Source of the DNA: the human T2T-CHM13v2.0 reference genome, Homo sapiens
Reading direction: 5' to 3'
NCBI GenBank assembly: GCA_009914755.4
Contig: CP086569.2
Coordinates: 16,864,001-16,928,000 of the forward strand
Length of the DNA stretch: 64,000 nucleotides
The position numbers and the translations under genes were made by a program. Positions within the stretch are counted from its first letter, which is position 1. Each line of letters opens with the position of its first letter. This document shows, in pieces, positions 1-12,261 of the stretch. A model generated the notes under the pieces. It worked only from the letters and a program-made list of their open reading frames with translations. It searched no databases and was not told the origin of the DNA.

Positions 1-842
1 ACATGCAGCCAAGATAATGGATCTACCACCATGAAGGAAGAGCCATTAAACAATGGCTAGTAGGCCAAATCCCTCTGGCCATCTGTTCCTTTAGGGACCA
101 CTGACTAGGAATATATTTTCATATTTTTGAAATGATTGGGAAAATAATCAAAAGGAGGCTCATGTTTCATGATGATAAAAATTATACAACATACAAATTT
201 CAGTGTGCATAAATGGGAACACTACCATATTTGTTTATCTTCATATTGCCTGTAGCCGCCTTCTCCATATGACAGCAAGGTTGAGTAGTTGCAGCAGAGA
301 CTTCACCCATCTTCAAGGTTTTCTCACCTCTCACTCTCAAGGTTTTGTGCACAATGTATGAAATATTTGCTCATGACTTTTCCTACTTTCTTAAACATTT
401 TGGTTTCTACTTGGTTTTAAAGAAGATCAACCTTGGCCCTGGATTTCCTAGTTAAATATAGACAACCTAGATTAATTGTATCATAACATTATCTCCCCTA
501 AGCTGTCTGATGGGCCAGGAATGTTGCAGTAAGTAAACTCATGCATCTTTTCTGGACATGAATCAAGAAGCAGTGAACTTGGAAGGGACCTTGGGCCATC
601 AAGGGAGTTAGCTTTAAGATGACTGAAACAACAGCAGGTAGGGCAGTGTGAGGAAAAAAACCAAGCACTTGGTTCATAAAGGAGTTGCTGGATGAAGTTT
701 TCCCTGAAGGATGACCAACCTTTGAACTTTCCATTTAGTGTTGTCAGAACTAGTAGATAATATAACATGACCAGTTGTATTTAAATTTTAGATAAACAAC
801 AGAGAACTCTTCAGTATAAGTGTTGTAAAAATAAGTAACTCA

Positions 843-858
843 AAATCAAAGCTGTTGG
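843..858. repeat. poly(T) homopolymer tract
   Basis: Run of 16 T read directly in the sequence. Confidence 0.9.
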
Positions 859-1261
859 AACTTTTTTTTTTTTTTTGAAACTTAAAGGAATGTGGTTATG
901 GGAACTAAGTCTCCTGACAGGCAGCTTTAACCTAGGCAGCTTCAACCTTTGTTCTGCTGATCATAGAATACCCTTTGCTTTACCTACATTGTCTTGTAAA
1001 ATATTGTGAATTACTAAAGGGCAACAGAGAAGATCCCTTCCCACTGCACTGTTGATTTTCCTTGTGAATTAACTTATCTCTTGCTTCTCATGCACAAAGA
1101 TCTCACAATTACCACATTATCTAAGATGAAATATTAAATATACTTTTAATTTAGAAAAGGGAAGGAAAGCAGCTGTAAGTTAGCTGTATGTAAGTTTGAC
1201 CAAATTGATGAAACTCTTTTATACCGGATTCTGATCCTTTTGATGATTTTAGGTTGACAGT

Positions 1262-1366
1262 ATGTTGTATGTTAGTGTGTATTTACATGTGTATATATGT
1301 ATAGGTACATATATTCATATATATGTGTGCATGTGTGTGTGTGTGTGTGTGTGTGCACTAAGCTCT
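1262..1366. repeat. compound (TG)n/(TA)n/(GT)n microsatellite
   Basis: gtgtatttacatgtgtatatatg...gtgtgtgtgtgtgtgtgtgtgcac read directly. Confidence 0.9.
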
Positions 1367-2084
1367 TATTTGTTCCCCTACTGACTGTTTTTATTTATTT
1401 GGATAACATCTTGAACCTCTTGTTACTACCTGTTATTACTGTTCAGAAGTTTGGCAGCAAAAGCAGATGTTGAACTCAATTAATAATTCTAACCTTACAT
1501 AAATGCTAAACTTTCAGTAGATAAACTTGGACCCATTATGTATTTTTAGAGAAGAAGTCATGTGCCAAAACACCTAGATGTGTTAACTTTTCAGCGAAAC
1601 CTTATCAGAATCACTTATCAAAGAAAATATGTGGCACAACTCCCTGGACTTGCCATTTAAAAACCCACGATCTTTATATGTAATATGTATATATAATACA
1701 TATTTATTTAACCCATGAATTATATGTAAGGTGTTTCACTAACAGACTTTCTTTCTATAATCAACCATATTTCTTGGTATCAAGGTATATCCTGTAGCCT
1801 GATTTTCATGTCCCATAACTTTTGAGTGGGTAATTGTAACTGATCATAGCTCATTATGCAGTCTTCTGGAGGCTGCTGTTTTTCAACATTTTATCCAATG
1901 AATATTTGCATAAAAAGAGTAGACTAAATATCCCAATTTTGCTTAAAAAATGCACACAGAATTCAGGAGGTGAAGAGTCACAGGGATAAGAAGCCACACT
2001 TAGTCTATGTAAATAATTCATTTGGTTGAGGGAAAGGAGATGAATGAATAAAAACAATCTAACTCTGGAGAATAATTCTCATAC

Positions 2085-2812
2085 ATAAATGGATGAAGAA
2101 TATGAACAGACACTTCTCAAAAGAGGATATTTATGCATGCGACCAACACGAAAAGAAGCTCATCATCACTGATAATTAGAGAAGTGCAAATCAGAACTAC
2201 AATGAAATACCATCTAATTGCAGTTAGAACAGTGACCATTAAAAACTCAGGAAACAACAGAAGCTGGAGAGGATGTGGGGAAATAGGAATGCTTTTACAC
2301 TGTTTGTAGGAGTGTAAATTAGTTCAACCACTATGGAAAACTGTGTGGTAATTCCTCAAAGATCTAGAATGAGAAATACCATTTGACCCACCAATCTCAT
2401 TACTGAGTATGTACCCAAGGGATTATAAATCATTCTACTATAAAGACACATGCACACACATATTTACTGCAGTACTATTTACAATAGCAAAGACTTGGAA
2501 CCAATCCAAATGCCAATCAATGATAGAATGGATTAAAAAAAAGTGGCACATTTACAACATGGAATACTATGCAGCCATAAAAAAGAATGAGTTCATGCCT
2601 TTTTCAGGAACATGGATGAAGATGGAAGCCATCATTCTCAGCAAACTAACACAGGAACAGAAAACCAAACACCTCATGTTCTCACTCATGGGTGGGAGTT
2701 GAACAATGAGAACATATTGACACAGGAAGGGGAACATCATACTGGGGTCTGTCGGGGGGTGGGGGTCAAGGGCAGGGAGAGGATTTGGACAAATACCTAA
2801 TGCCTGTGGGGC
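2085..2812 (+). mobile_element. LINE-1 fragment, ORF2 C-terminal region plus start of 3' UTR; 3'-truncated with no poly-A
   Basis: Collinear with the L1 ORF2 end ([10 protein letters not shown]...[17 protein letters not shown]...EYYAAIKKNEFM). ORF-track frames 2409-2702 and 2612-2800 are L1 ORF2 remnants. Similarity ends near the 'aaatacctaatg' motif. Confidence 0.85.
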
Positions 2813-3491
2813 ATAAAACCTAGACGGATTTTCATAGAATATGCATTGCTGATGGCCTGAAATGATCTTGTAAAAGCCAAGGTTTCAAACTTGATAGCTC
2901 TAAGTTATTTAAGGTAACATGTAACAGCAAAGTATTTATTACCAGCAGAAATTGTTTCTCCAAAGGAAAATAAATTATATATAAGACTCCATTAAAATAG
3001 AATAGTTTTTAAAAGAAGAATAAAAGGGGTAGTATACAGAAACATTGAGTTATAACAAATTTTGGCTTCTATATATACTGATGGCTCTCAAATAGAAATA
3101 TTTCACGTACCTAGATGTGTGCATGTGTAAGAGTGTCTGCCTGTGTTCTGTCTGATGTTTTCAAGTTAATTTGTCTGAATGTTTTGTAAAATTAAAATAA
3201 AATATTATAATAAGTCCATTGTTTCATTGCTTAAATACACAATATTTAATAGGATTAGTTAAGAAAAAAAAGCTTCCATTAATTGAAAATACGTTTGAAG
3301 AGTACAAGGAAAAGGAGAGTTTCTCTTCTGAGACAAACATTTCTTATCTCAAAAATGGGAAGTAATTAGGGCTTTGGGATTTTGTTAGGTAAATTTATAT
3401 TAATCATATTTTCATTTTAAAAATATATGCTGAGTTAGCACATCACATTTATTTTCAGAAACTTCTATAAAACCCTTTTAATTGCTTTCTT

Positions 3492-3781
3492 TATTTCGTT
3501 TCTGAGATGGAAGTTTGCTGTCACCCAGCGTGGAGTGCCGTGGTGGGATCTCAGATCTCTGCAATCTCTGCCTTCTGGGTTCAAGGCATTCTGCTTCAGC
3601 CTCCTGAGTAGCTAGGATTACAGGCATATGCCACCACTCCTAGCTAATTTTGTATTTTTAGTAGAGATGGGATTTCACCGTGTTTGCCAGGCTGATCTTG
3701 AACTCCTGACCTCAAATGATGCACCCGCCTTAGCCTCCAAAAGTGCCAGGATTACAAATGTGGGCCACTGCACCTGGCCCA
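3492..3781 (-). mobile_element. Alu SINE, full-length dimer
   Basis: Reverse-complement Alu: gagatgg...cccaggctggagtgc..., ggattacaggc, and the terminal gggccactgcacctggccc. Confidence 0.9.
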
Positions 3782-4544
3782 AAGACTTTTAATTTCAATT
3801 ATTCCATTTTTCAGATACATGTATGTGTGTGTCTCTGTGAAGTCTGTATGACGGTATATATGTCTGCATCTATGTACATATTATTATACAGATACTCATG
3901 GGTACAGGGTTGGGGATGAGGGATGGGATTACTTTTTCAGAGGTCATATGGTTTATTATACAGCCACGCTGTGATATTTCCTTATCTTTCTAATTAATAA
4001 TACCTTCAAATGTGCACAAGAACAACAGCAAGATCTCTGCAAAATCATGGTGAGAATTTATCAGTTTGCAAATTTAATGAACAAGTTTCAAAGAGTGTAT
4101 TTTGAGGATTTTAAATGGTTTAAAGATTTCACACTTCAGCGATTTCTCTTTCATTGTCACAAATAATGTAAGTTTTCTCATAAATATGTAAAAATGTTAA
4201 AAATGTATATGATGAGTACAAAGGTTACTATTGTGTAGTAATTTGATGAAGACATAGAGTGCTCAGATATTTGATTAAGCATCATTCTGGGCGAGTCCCT
4301 GAGGGTGTTTCTGGCTGAAATTAGCATTTGAATTGGTACATCGGGTAAAGCATATTATCTTCCCTATTGTGGGTGCACATCATCTTTCCCATGGAAGACC
4401 TGAATATAATAAAAGACTGAGTAAGAATTATTTCTCTCTGCCTGACTGTTTTGGAACTAAGGCACTGGTCTTCTTCCTGCCTTCAAAATTGATATTGTAC
4501 TGAAAATAACATCATTGACTCTGCTGATTCTTTGGCTTTTGGAT

Positions 4545-5110
4545 TGACACTGGAACTTGCACTTGCAGCTCTACAGGGTCTCTAGTCAAAAGACTGGAAT
4601 TCACACCATTGGCTTCCTTGAGTTTCACACCTTCAGACAGGAAATCATGCCAGCAGCTTTCTTGAGTCTCAAACCTTCAAACTCAGACTGTAACTCATAC
4701 CCGCAGCTCTCCTGGGTTTCGGGCCTTCAGGCTTAGACAAACTCACACTCTCAGATCTCCTGGGTCTCAGGCCTTCAGACTCAGACTGGAACTGACACAG
4801 TTGTCTCTGCTGGATCTCAGGCCTTTACTCTCAGACTGAAACTAACACCCTCTGCTCTTCTGGGTCTCAGGCCTTCCGACCCAGACTGGAATTCACACCC
4901 TTGGTTCTCCTGGATCTTGGGCCTTCAGACCCAGGTGGAACTCATACCATTGGCTCTCTTGGGTCACAGGCCTTCAGATTAGAACTCACACCTTCAGCTC
5001 TCCTGGATCTCAGGCCTTCAGATGTAGACTGGAACTTACACTGCTGGCTCTCCTGGTTTTCAGGCCTTCATGCCAGAACTCATACCATGGGCTTCCCTAG
5101 CTTTCTAGCT
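4545..5110. repeat. minisatellite, ~50-bp unit x ~11, degenerate
   Basis: The motif 'ggccttcag' recurs at 4722, 4770, 4820, 4870, 4920, 4969, 5013 and 5063. Units resemble ctcaggccttcagactcagactggaactcacaccctcagctctcctgggt. Confidence 0.85.
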
Positions 5111-6147
5111 TTCCCACTGCACATCTAGGGACTTCACTCCCTCCACAATCATATGAACCAATTCTTTATAGTTAATGTCTCTAACTGGCCATTAAATAAA
5201 TGATAAGTATGTTATGTACTATTTCTAAGAAAAAAATGTGATTTCTAAGGAAAATGTTTCATTATTACTTACCAGTAATACCTCTAATTCAAATGAGAGT
5301 ATATCTGACTTTTAATGCTGATAGGCTATTAATTCAATTTATATTCAAAACATTGTTTTATGACTTCTACTAAAATATAGACGTGAAGAAGACAGAGTTA
5401 AGACCCTAGAAGAGTTTACCACCATTCAGGAGGGAGATGTGGGCACAGTGGGCCATACTACCAAGACTAAAGAACACCTAAACCATTCCACGTCTCAGTA
5501 GCTAACCCCAAACCAAGCTTTAGTATATGTGCCCATGTTCTGAGTCTGAATCCCAAACAAGCTCATTGGTTGGAAATGTGTTTATTATGTCTGTCTCTAT
5601 TTAATTCTATTCTTTCTCATTCCTTTGGAAGAGAAGAAAGATTAGTGGTGCAAGATGAATGCCAAGTTGAGAACTACTTGACTGATATTGCACCACTTCC
5701 CCAGGAAATGCTTAGCAATGTCTAGAGACAATATTGTTTCTTGTCATAATTGAAGAGAAAAGGAATTACTGATTAAAAGACAGGGATGGTGCTAAACATC
5801 CTACAATGCTCAGAACAAACCCCCAAAACTGAAAATTGTCTGGTCTCAAGTGTCAATACTGTTGATCTTGAGAAACTCTACTGCTGACTCACAGTGGAGG
5901 AAACAGCAAAACAGAATTAATAAAAACCTTAATTAATATGATGCTGGTAAGAAATCTAATCAGAATTTGAACATCATATCTTGCACTTATTAATTCATTT
6001 TTTAATTATGTTTTGGCTTTTTATTTTTATTTTTTGAATACATCCTTACAGAGCTTCATTTATATTCTAGAGCCTGGATATACAAAGCTAAGTAAAATGC
6101 TCATGCAACACTTGAAGTTCACCAGAGAAAGTATATGCATGACAACA

Positions 6148-6184
6148 TGTATTAGGGTACTCCAGAGAAACAGAGCAAATAAGG
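6148..6184 (+). repeat. left arm of a ~36-bp inverted repeat (partner at 7381-7417)
   Basis: tgtattagggtactccagagaaacagagcaaataagg; the reverse complement of 7381-7417 reads gtattagtcagggtactccagagaaagccaataagag. Confidence 0.75.
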
Positions 6185-6230
<46 letters not shown>

Positions 6231-6320
6231 CAGACAGATAGATATAGATAGATGTAGAGATAGATAGATGGAAAGATAGAAAGATATAAATAGATATAGA
6301 GATAGTTATAAACAGACAGT
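6184..6320. repeat. (GATA)n microsatellite, degenerating toward the 3' side
   Basis: gatagatagatagata... read directly. Confidence 0.95.
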
Positions 6321-6321
6321 A

Positions 6322-6684
6322 GTATTAGTCTGTTTTCACACTGCTATAAAAATACTACCTGAGACTGGGTAATTTATAGAGGAAAGTGGTATAATTGACT
6401 CACAGTTCTGCATGGCTGGGGAGGCCTCAGGACACTTACAATCATGGCAGAAGGAAAAGGGAAAGCAAGGTATGTCTTACATAGTAGTAAGAGAGAGAGA
6501 AAGCAAAGGGAAGTGCCACACTTTAAAACCATCAGCTCTCATGAGAACTCACTCCCAATCACAAGCACAGCATGGAAGAAACTGCCTTCATAATCTGATC
6601 ACCTCCTACCATAACCATCCCTTAGCACATGGGGATTACAATTCAAGATGAGGTTTGGATGGGGACATGGAGTCCAGCCATATC
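6322..6684 (-). mobile_element. MaLR solo LTR (THE1/MST-like)
   Basis: Reverse complement of the THE1-type LTR: gtattagtctgttttcacactgctataaaaatactacctgagactgggtaatttatag...gactcacagttctgcatggctggggaggcctcag...ggggattacaattcaagatgag...ccatatca. Confidence 0.7.
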
Positions 6685-6830
6685 AGATAGATATCAAACA
6701 TAGATATAGAGATAGAGAGCTCTAAATAGACAGAAATAGATACATAGATACAGAGATATAGAGATAGATAGATAAAGATATGTAAATTAAGAGATAAATG
6801 ATAGATAGATTTATGATATATTGCTGCATG
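6685..6830. repeat. degenerate (GATA/TAGA)n tract
   Basis: gatagatatcaaacatagatatagagatagag...atagatagattt read directly. Confidence 0.8.
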
Positions 6831-7135
6831 CTACTATGAAGGCTGAGAATTCCCATGACCTGCTATCAGCAATGCATACCCAGGAAACCTGGCCTTGAAA
6901 TTCAGCCTGAGTTTGAAGGTTTGATAATGAGGGGAGTCAATGGTATAAATACCAGCCCAAGAGCAAGAGAAGGTGAGATGAGATGTCCCAGCTTAAGCAG
7001 TAAGTCAGAAAAAAAGGGATGATTCCTAGTTTCTCCTCTCTTTGTTCTATTGAGGCTCTCAATGGATTGGATGATTATGGGTGGATCTTCATTATTCAGT
7101 TGACCAATTCAAATGCTAATTTCATCCAGAAACAA
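6830..7135 (+). mobile_element. unclassified interspersed-repeat body; it resembles a common human repeat consensus I cannot name with confidence
   Basis: Segments such as ggctgagaattcccatgacctgc...gatgtcccagcttaagcag...gattggatgattatgggtgg...caaatgctaatttcatccagaaac, together with 7409-7500 (cctcacagacacacccagaaataatg...), look like a familiar dispersed repeat. The family call is from memory only. Confidence 0.35.
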
Positions 7136-7184
7136 TGAATGCTGATTTCATCCTTCCACAATGTAAGTTTCCTGAAGCATCTCT

Positions 7185-7382
7185 CTCTCCATCCCTATCC
7201 CTGTATCTATTTCTATATCTATTTATATCTATTTTCCTATCTCTACAACTATCTATCTGTAGCTATCTCAGTATCTATTTCTATACCTATTATATCTATC
7301 TTTCTATCTCTACATCAACCTATTTCTCTATCTGTCTGTCTGTCTGTCTATCTATCTAGCTAGCTATCTATTTATCTATCTC
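7185..7382. repeat. (TATC)n/(TCTA)n microsatellite, the reverse complement of GATA
   Basis: ctatctatttctatatctatttatatctatt...tctgtctgtctgtctgtctatctatct read directly. Confidence 0.9.
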
Positions 7383-7417
7383 TTATTGGCTTTCTCTGGA
7401 GTACCCTGACTAATACA
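7381..7417 (-). repeat. right arm of the inverted repeat (partner 6148-6184)
   Basis: ctcttattggctttctctggagtaccctgactaatac is the reverse complement of the 6148-6184 motif. It lies immediately after a (TATC)n tract, mirroring the (GATA)n after the left arm. Confidence 0.75.
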
Positions 7418-7922
7418 TCCTCACAGACACACCCAGAAATAATGCTCAACGTAGGCAACCCATAGCCCAGTTAACTGTACACAAGTCAAAACAAACTATC
7501 CCATCATACACACTACAATACTGTAGGATGAAATCATGGGACATCCCCAGACTCTAGGAATTCAGGACAAGGATTTACTTCTAGGATAGCCTGGATATCT
7601 TCAGAGGTGGTGTAAAGGGTGCAGACCCTGGGGGATCAGAGAATATTAGACAGAAAAGGAAATCAGAGGGAGACAGGATAGCAAATAAAAGCCCAGTGCA
7701 TCAGGAAAAGGTGAGTGTGTTCTGATACGTGGAAAAGCCAGTGTGGCTAAAGTCAAGTTAGAAATCAATTTCAATAGAATGTTGAGCTAAAGACAGGGAA
7801 TGTGACCATGGCTGTGGTTGTGATTGGCAGCTTGGAAAATTCACATAGTGATTAAAGACAACACTTTTAAGAAGTTTGTCTGTGACCTTGTAAGACAAGG
7901 GTCATCAAAAATGTAGTGAGAT

Positions 7923-8420
7923 ATTACAGCACCCCAGTTAAAATAGCTATTATCAAAAAGACAAAAAATAATGATCGTGCAATGGATGTGGAAAAAAGGA
8001 ACTCTTGTTCTCTGTTGGTGGGAATGTAAAATAGTATAACTGCTAGGGAGAACCAATCACATGGGAGTTCCTCAACAAGCTGTAATTAAGACTACCATAA
8101 GATCTAGCAATTCCAATGCTAAGTATTTGCCCTAAAGAAAGGAAAACAGTATATTAAAAGAATATCTGTAGTGCCATGATTTTGTAGCAGGGCTCACAAT
8201 AGACAAAGTGCAAAATCAACCTAAATGTCCCTCAATGAATGGGTAAAGAAAACGTGGTATACATACATAATGAAATATGATTTTACCATTAAAAAAAATG
8301 AAATACTGTCATTTGTGGCAACAGGGATGGAACTGGAGGTCAGTATGTTAAGGAAAATAAACCAGACACAGAAAGGCAAATATTGCATGTTCGCAATCAC
8401 ATGTGAGTATTGGGGGAACC
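7923..8420 (+). mobile_element. older LINE-1 (L1M/L1PB-like) 3'-region fragment
   Basis: Matches old-L1 3' ends (ctgttggtgggaatgtaaaatagtataac...caacctaaatgtccctcaatgaatgggtaaag...gaaatactgtcatttgtggcaacagggatggaactggagg). ORF 8225-8482 is its ORF2 tail. Confidence 0.75.
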
Positions 8421-9802
8421 TGTCCCCAATATTTCAATGTAGGTTCTTTCTATTTTTCCTAAGTGTTGGCTGGTCTCAATAATAAAGAGAAAGAGCACAA
8501 ACAGCAATTTTACAACTGGGCCACTGGGGGTGACATCACATATTGGTAGGTCTGTGATGTCCACCTGAGCTGCAAAACCAGCAAGTTTTTATTTGGGATT
8601 TTAAAAGGGGATGAGGTGTATGAACAGGGAATAGGTCACATGCTTCAAGGGGCAAAAGGCAGAGCAAAGATCACATGCTTCTGAGGAAACAGGACCAGGG
8701 CAAAAAGAGAAACTACTGATAAGAGTTTATGTTCAGTGGTGCATGTATTGTCTTGATAGACATCTTAACAGAAAACAGGGTTGGAGAGCAGAGAACTGGT
8801 ATGACCTCAAATTTACCAGGGCTGGGGTTTCCCAATCCTAGTAAGCCTAAGGATACTGCAGGAGACTAGGGAGTATCTCAGTCCTTATCTCAACTGCAGA
8901 GGACAGACAACCCCAGAGCAACTGTTTACAGACCTCCCTCAGGAAAGCAGTTCTTTTCCTAGGGTCTTAATATATTCCTTGCTAGGAAAATAATTTAGTG
9001 ATATCTCTCCTACCTGCACATCTGTTTATAGGCTCTCTGCAAGAAGGAAAATATGGCTTTTTTTGCCTGCTCCCACACAGTCAGACATTATGGCTATCTT
9101 CCCTTTTTCTCTAAAATCACTGTTATTCTGTTCTTATTCGAGGTGCACGGATTTCATATTGTTTAAACACATGTTTTACAATCAATTTGTACAGTTAACA
9201 AAATCATCACAGGGTCCTGAGATGACATACATCCTCAGCTTATGAAGATAAGAGGATTAAGAGATTAAAGTAAAACAGGCAAAGTAAATTATAAAAGTAT
9301 TATCAGGGAAGTGATAAATGTCCATGAAATCTTCACAATTTATGTTCCTCTGCTGCAGCTCCAGCTGGTCCCTCTGTTCAGTGTCCCTGACTTCCCACAA
9401 CATTTGAGAGCTGAAGAAGTGGATCTAATGTAGATAGAGAATAGAATAATAGGTACCAGAGGCTGGAAAGTGTAGGGGGGAGGAGGGAATAAAGACAAGT
9501 TTGTTAACAATACAAAAAATATAGTTAGATGGAAGCAATAAGTTCTAGTCTTTGATAATGAGTAGGGAAAGTATAATTAACAAGAACTTATTGTATGTTT
9601 TTAAATAGCTAGAAGAGAATGATTGAAATGTTCCTAACACACACAAAAAAAGATAAGCATTTAAAAAGATAGATACACCAATCACCCTGATTTGATCATT
9701 ACACATCATAAACAGGTATCAAAATCTCACTTTGACCACCAAAATATATACAACTACTATACATCAAAATATTTTAAAAACACAAGTGTCAACATAAACT
9801 TT

Positions 9803-11290
9803 TTCCTTTTTTAATTTTAATATTATTGTACTTTAAGTTTTAGGGTACATATGCACAATGTGCAGGTTAGTTACATATGTATACATGTGCCATGCTGGTG
9901 TGCTGCACCCATTAACTCCTCATTTAGCATTAGGTATATCTCCTAATGCTATCCCTCCCCCCTGCCCCCACCCCAGAACTGTCCCCAGAGTGTGATCTTC
10001 CCCTTCGTGTGTCCATGTGTTCTTATTGTTCAATTCCCATCTATTAGTGAGAACATGTGGTGTTTGGCTTTTTGTCCTTGCGATAGTTTACTGAGAATGA
10101 TGATTTCCAATTTCATCCATGTCCCTACAAAGGACATGAACTCATCATTTTTTATGGCTGCATAGTGTTCCATGGTGTATATGTGGCACATTTTCTTAAT
10201 CCACTCTATCATTGTTGGACATTTGGGTTGGCTCCAAGTCTTTGCTATTGTAAATAGAGTGACAATAAACATACGTGTGCATGTGTCTTTATAGCAGCAT
10301 GATTTATAGTCCCTTGGGTATATACCCAGTAATGGGATGGCTGAGTCAAATGGTATTTCCAGTTCTAGATCCCTGAGGAATTGCCACACTGACTTCGACA
10401 ATGGCTGAACTAGTTTACAGTCCCACCAACAGTGTCAAAGCGTTCCTATTTCTCCACATCCTCTCCAGCACTTGTTGTTTCCTGACTTTTTAATGATTGC
10501 CATTCTAACTGGTGTGAGATGGTATCTCATTGTGGTTTTGATTTGCATTTCTCTGATGGCCAGTGATGGTGAGCATTTTTTCTTGTGCTTTTTGGCTGCC
10601 TAAACGTCTTCTTTTGAGAAGTGTCTCTTCATGTCCTTCACCCACTTTTTAATGGGGTTGTTTGTTTTTTTCTTGCAAATTTATTTGAGTTCATTGTAGA
10701 TTCTGAATATTTGCCCTTTGTCAGATGAGTAGGTTGTGAAAATTTTCTCCCGTTTTGTAGGTTGCCTGTTCACTCTGATGGTAGTTTCTTTTACTGTGCA
10801 GAAGCTCTTTAGTTTAATTAGATCCCATTTGTCAATTTTGTCTTTTGTTGCCATTGCTTTTGGTGTTTTCGATATGAAGTCCTTGCCCATGCCTATGTCC
10901 TGAATGGTAATGCCTAGGTTTTCTTCTAGGGTTTTTATGGTTTTAGGTCTAATGTTTAAGTCTTTAATCCATCTTGACTTAATTTTTGTATAAGGTATAA
11001 GGAAAGGATTCCATTTCAGCTTTCTACATATGGCTAACCAGTTTTCCCAGCACCATTTATGAAATAGGGAATCCTTTACCCATAGCTTGTTTTTCTCAGG
11101 TTTGTCAAATATCAGATAGTTGTAGATAAGTGGCGTTATTTCTTAGAGTTCTGTTCTGTTCCATTGATCTATATCTCTGTTTTGGTACCAGTACCATGCT
11201 GTTTTGGTTACTGTAGCCTTGTAGTATTGTTTGAAGTCAGGTAGCATGATGCCTCCATTTTGTTCTTTTGGCTTAGGATTGACTTTTTTC
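9803..11290 (-). mobile_element. LINE-1 (L1PA-like) 3' portion, 5'-truncated
   Basis: Reverse-complement L1 3' UTR (ttattgtactttaagttttagggtacatatgcacaatgtgcaggttagttacatatgtatacatgtgccatgctggtgtgctgcaccc). The ORF2 C-terminus follows at 10030-10401, and collinear ORF2 sequence runs to ~11290. Confidence 0.9.
10030..10401 (-). pseudogene. L1 ORF2 C-terminal fragment, 123-aa open frame
   Basis: [19 protein letters not shown]...[41 protein letters not shown] is the canonical L1 ORF2 tail. Confidence 0.9.
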
Positions 11291-11849
11291 TTTTATTTTG
11301 TATTAATACAGGGAAAAATGGAGTTGGCTTTTTGAGTTGGCTCATCTCAATTTTTGGATAGCTTGCAAATATTTTCATCAGCCTTTACAAGGAGTGAGAC
11401 AGGCATGTTTATGCTTTTCTGAAGCTGCATGTTGAAATTTAGATACGTCTTCATGTCTCTAACAAATATTCTGGATATTTGGAGTTGGCTTTGTGTTGGG
11501 AAAGAGCTGAACAGGTTGGGAAAGAGCTGAATCAATAAACAGAGATTTCAGCAAAGGGGCAGCTGAGACAGTTGTTGTTGGCTCTGCAATATCTGTTCTT
11601 GTGTGCAGGATCTGGCTCTCCCCTAAGACTCAAGTCTTGTTTTTATATCTGAATGAAAAATGTCTGGCATTCTTAGGAGATTGTTTCGTTCCTTTCATGA
11701 GTTTTACAGATTGAGCTTGTCTTCTACATACTTAACACTTCTGCCTTTGAACAGCTTTGCTTTGCTTCATTCAGAGGCACTTGCAAATGAGATGCCTCTC
11801 CATCAGTCTCTTCCTCTCAAATATCTCTGTGCTACTTTTTAAAATTTCC

Positions 11850-12260
11850 TGAATATGGTAAACATAGGGGTCTAGTTTCATTCTTCTGTATATCAGTAGC
11901 AAGTTTTGTCAGCACCAGTTATTGAATAGTGTTCTTTTCCCATTTACTTTTGTTGTCACTGCAAAAGATCAGACGAATGTAGGTGAGTGGTGTTATAACT
12001 TGGGTCTCTATTCCATTTATCTATGTACCTATTTTTCTACCAGTACTATTCTGTTTTGGTTACTATAGCCTTGTAGTATAATTTGAAGTTGGGTAATATG
12101 ATTCCTCCAGCTTTGTCTCTTTTGCTTACAATAGCTTTCATATTCAACCTCTTTTTTAGTTCCATATGAATTTTAGAATTGATTTTCCTAATTATGTGAA
12201 GCATAATATTGGTAATTTGATAGGCATTGTGATGAATATGTGATGAATCCATGAACATGG
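11850..12260 (-). mobile_element. older LINE-1 ORF2 fragment, inverted relative to the adjacent 3' end
   Basis: ORF 12046-12258 (KAGGIILPNFKLYYKAIVTKTE) plus collinear DNA (ccagtactattctgttttggttactatagccttgtagtataatttgaagttgggtaat...ccatatgaattttag) match minus-strand L1 ORF2. Confidence 0.7.
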
Positions 12261-12261
12261 G

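Noticed and set aside
4545-5110. Regularly spaced ~50-bp direct repeats, considered as a possible CRISPR-like array
   Set aside because: The repeats are contiguous and degenerate, with no unique spacers. The context is primate DNA (Alu, L1, HERV). This is a eukaryotic minisatellite, not a CRISPR array.
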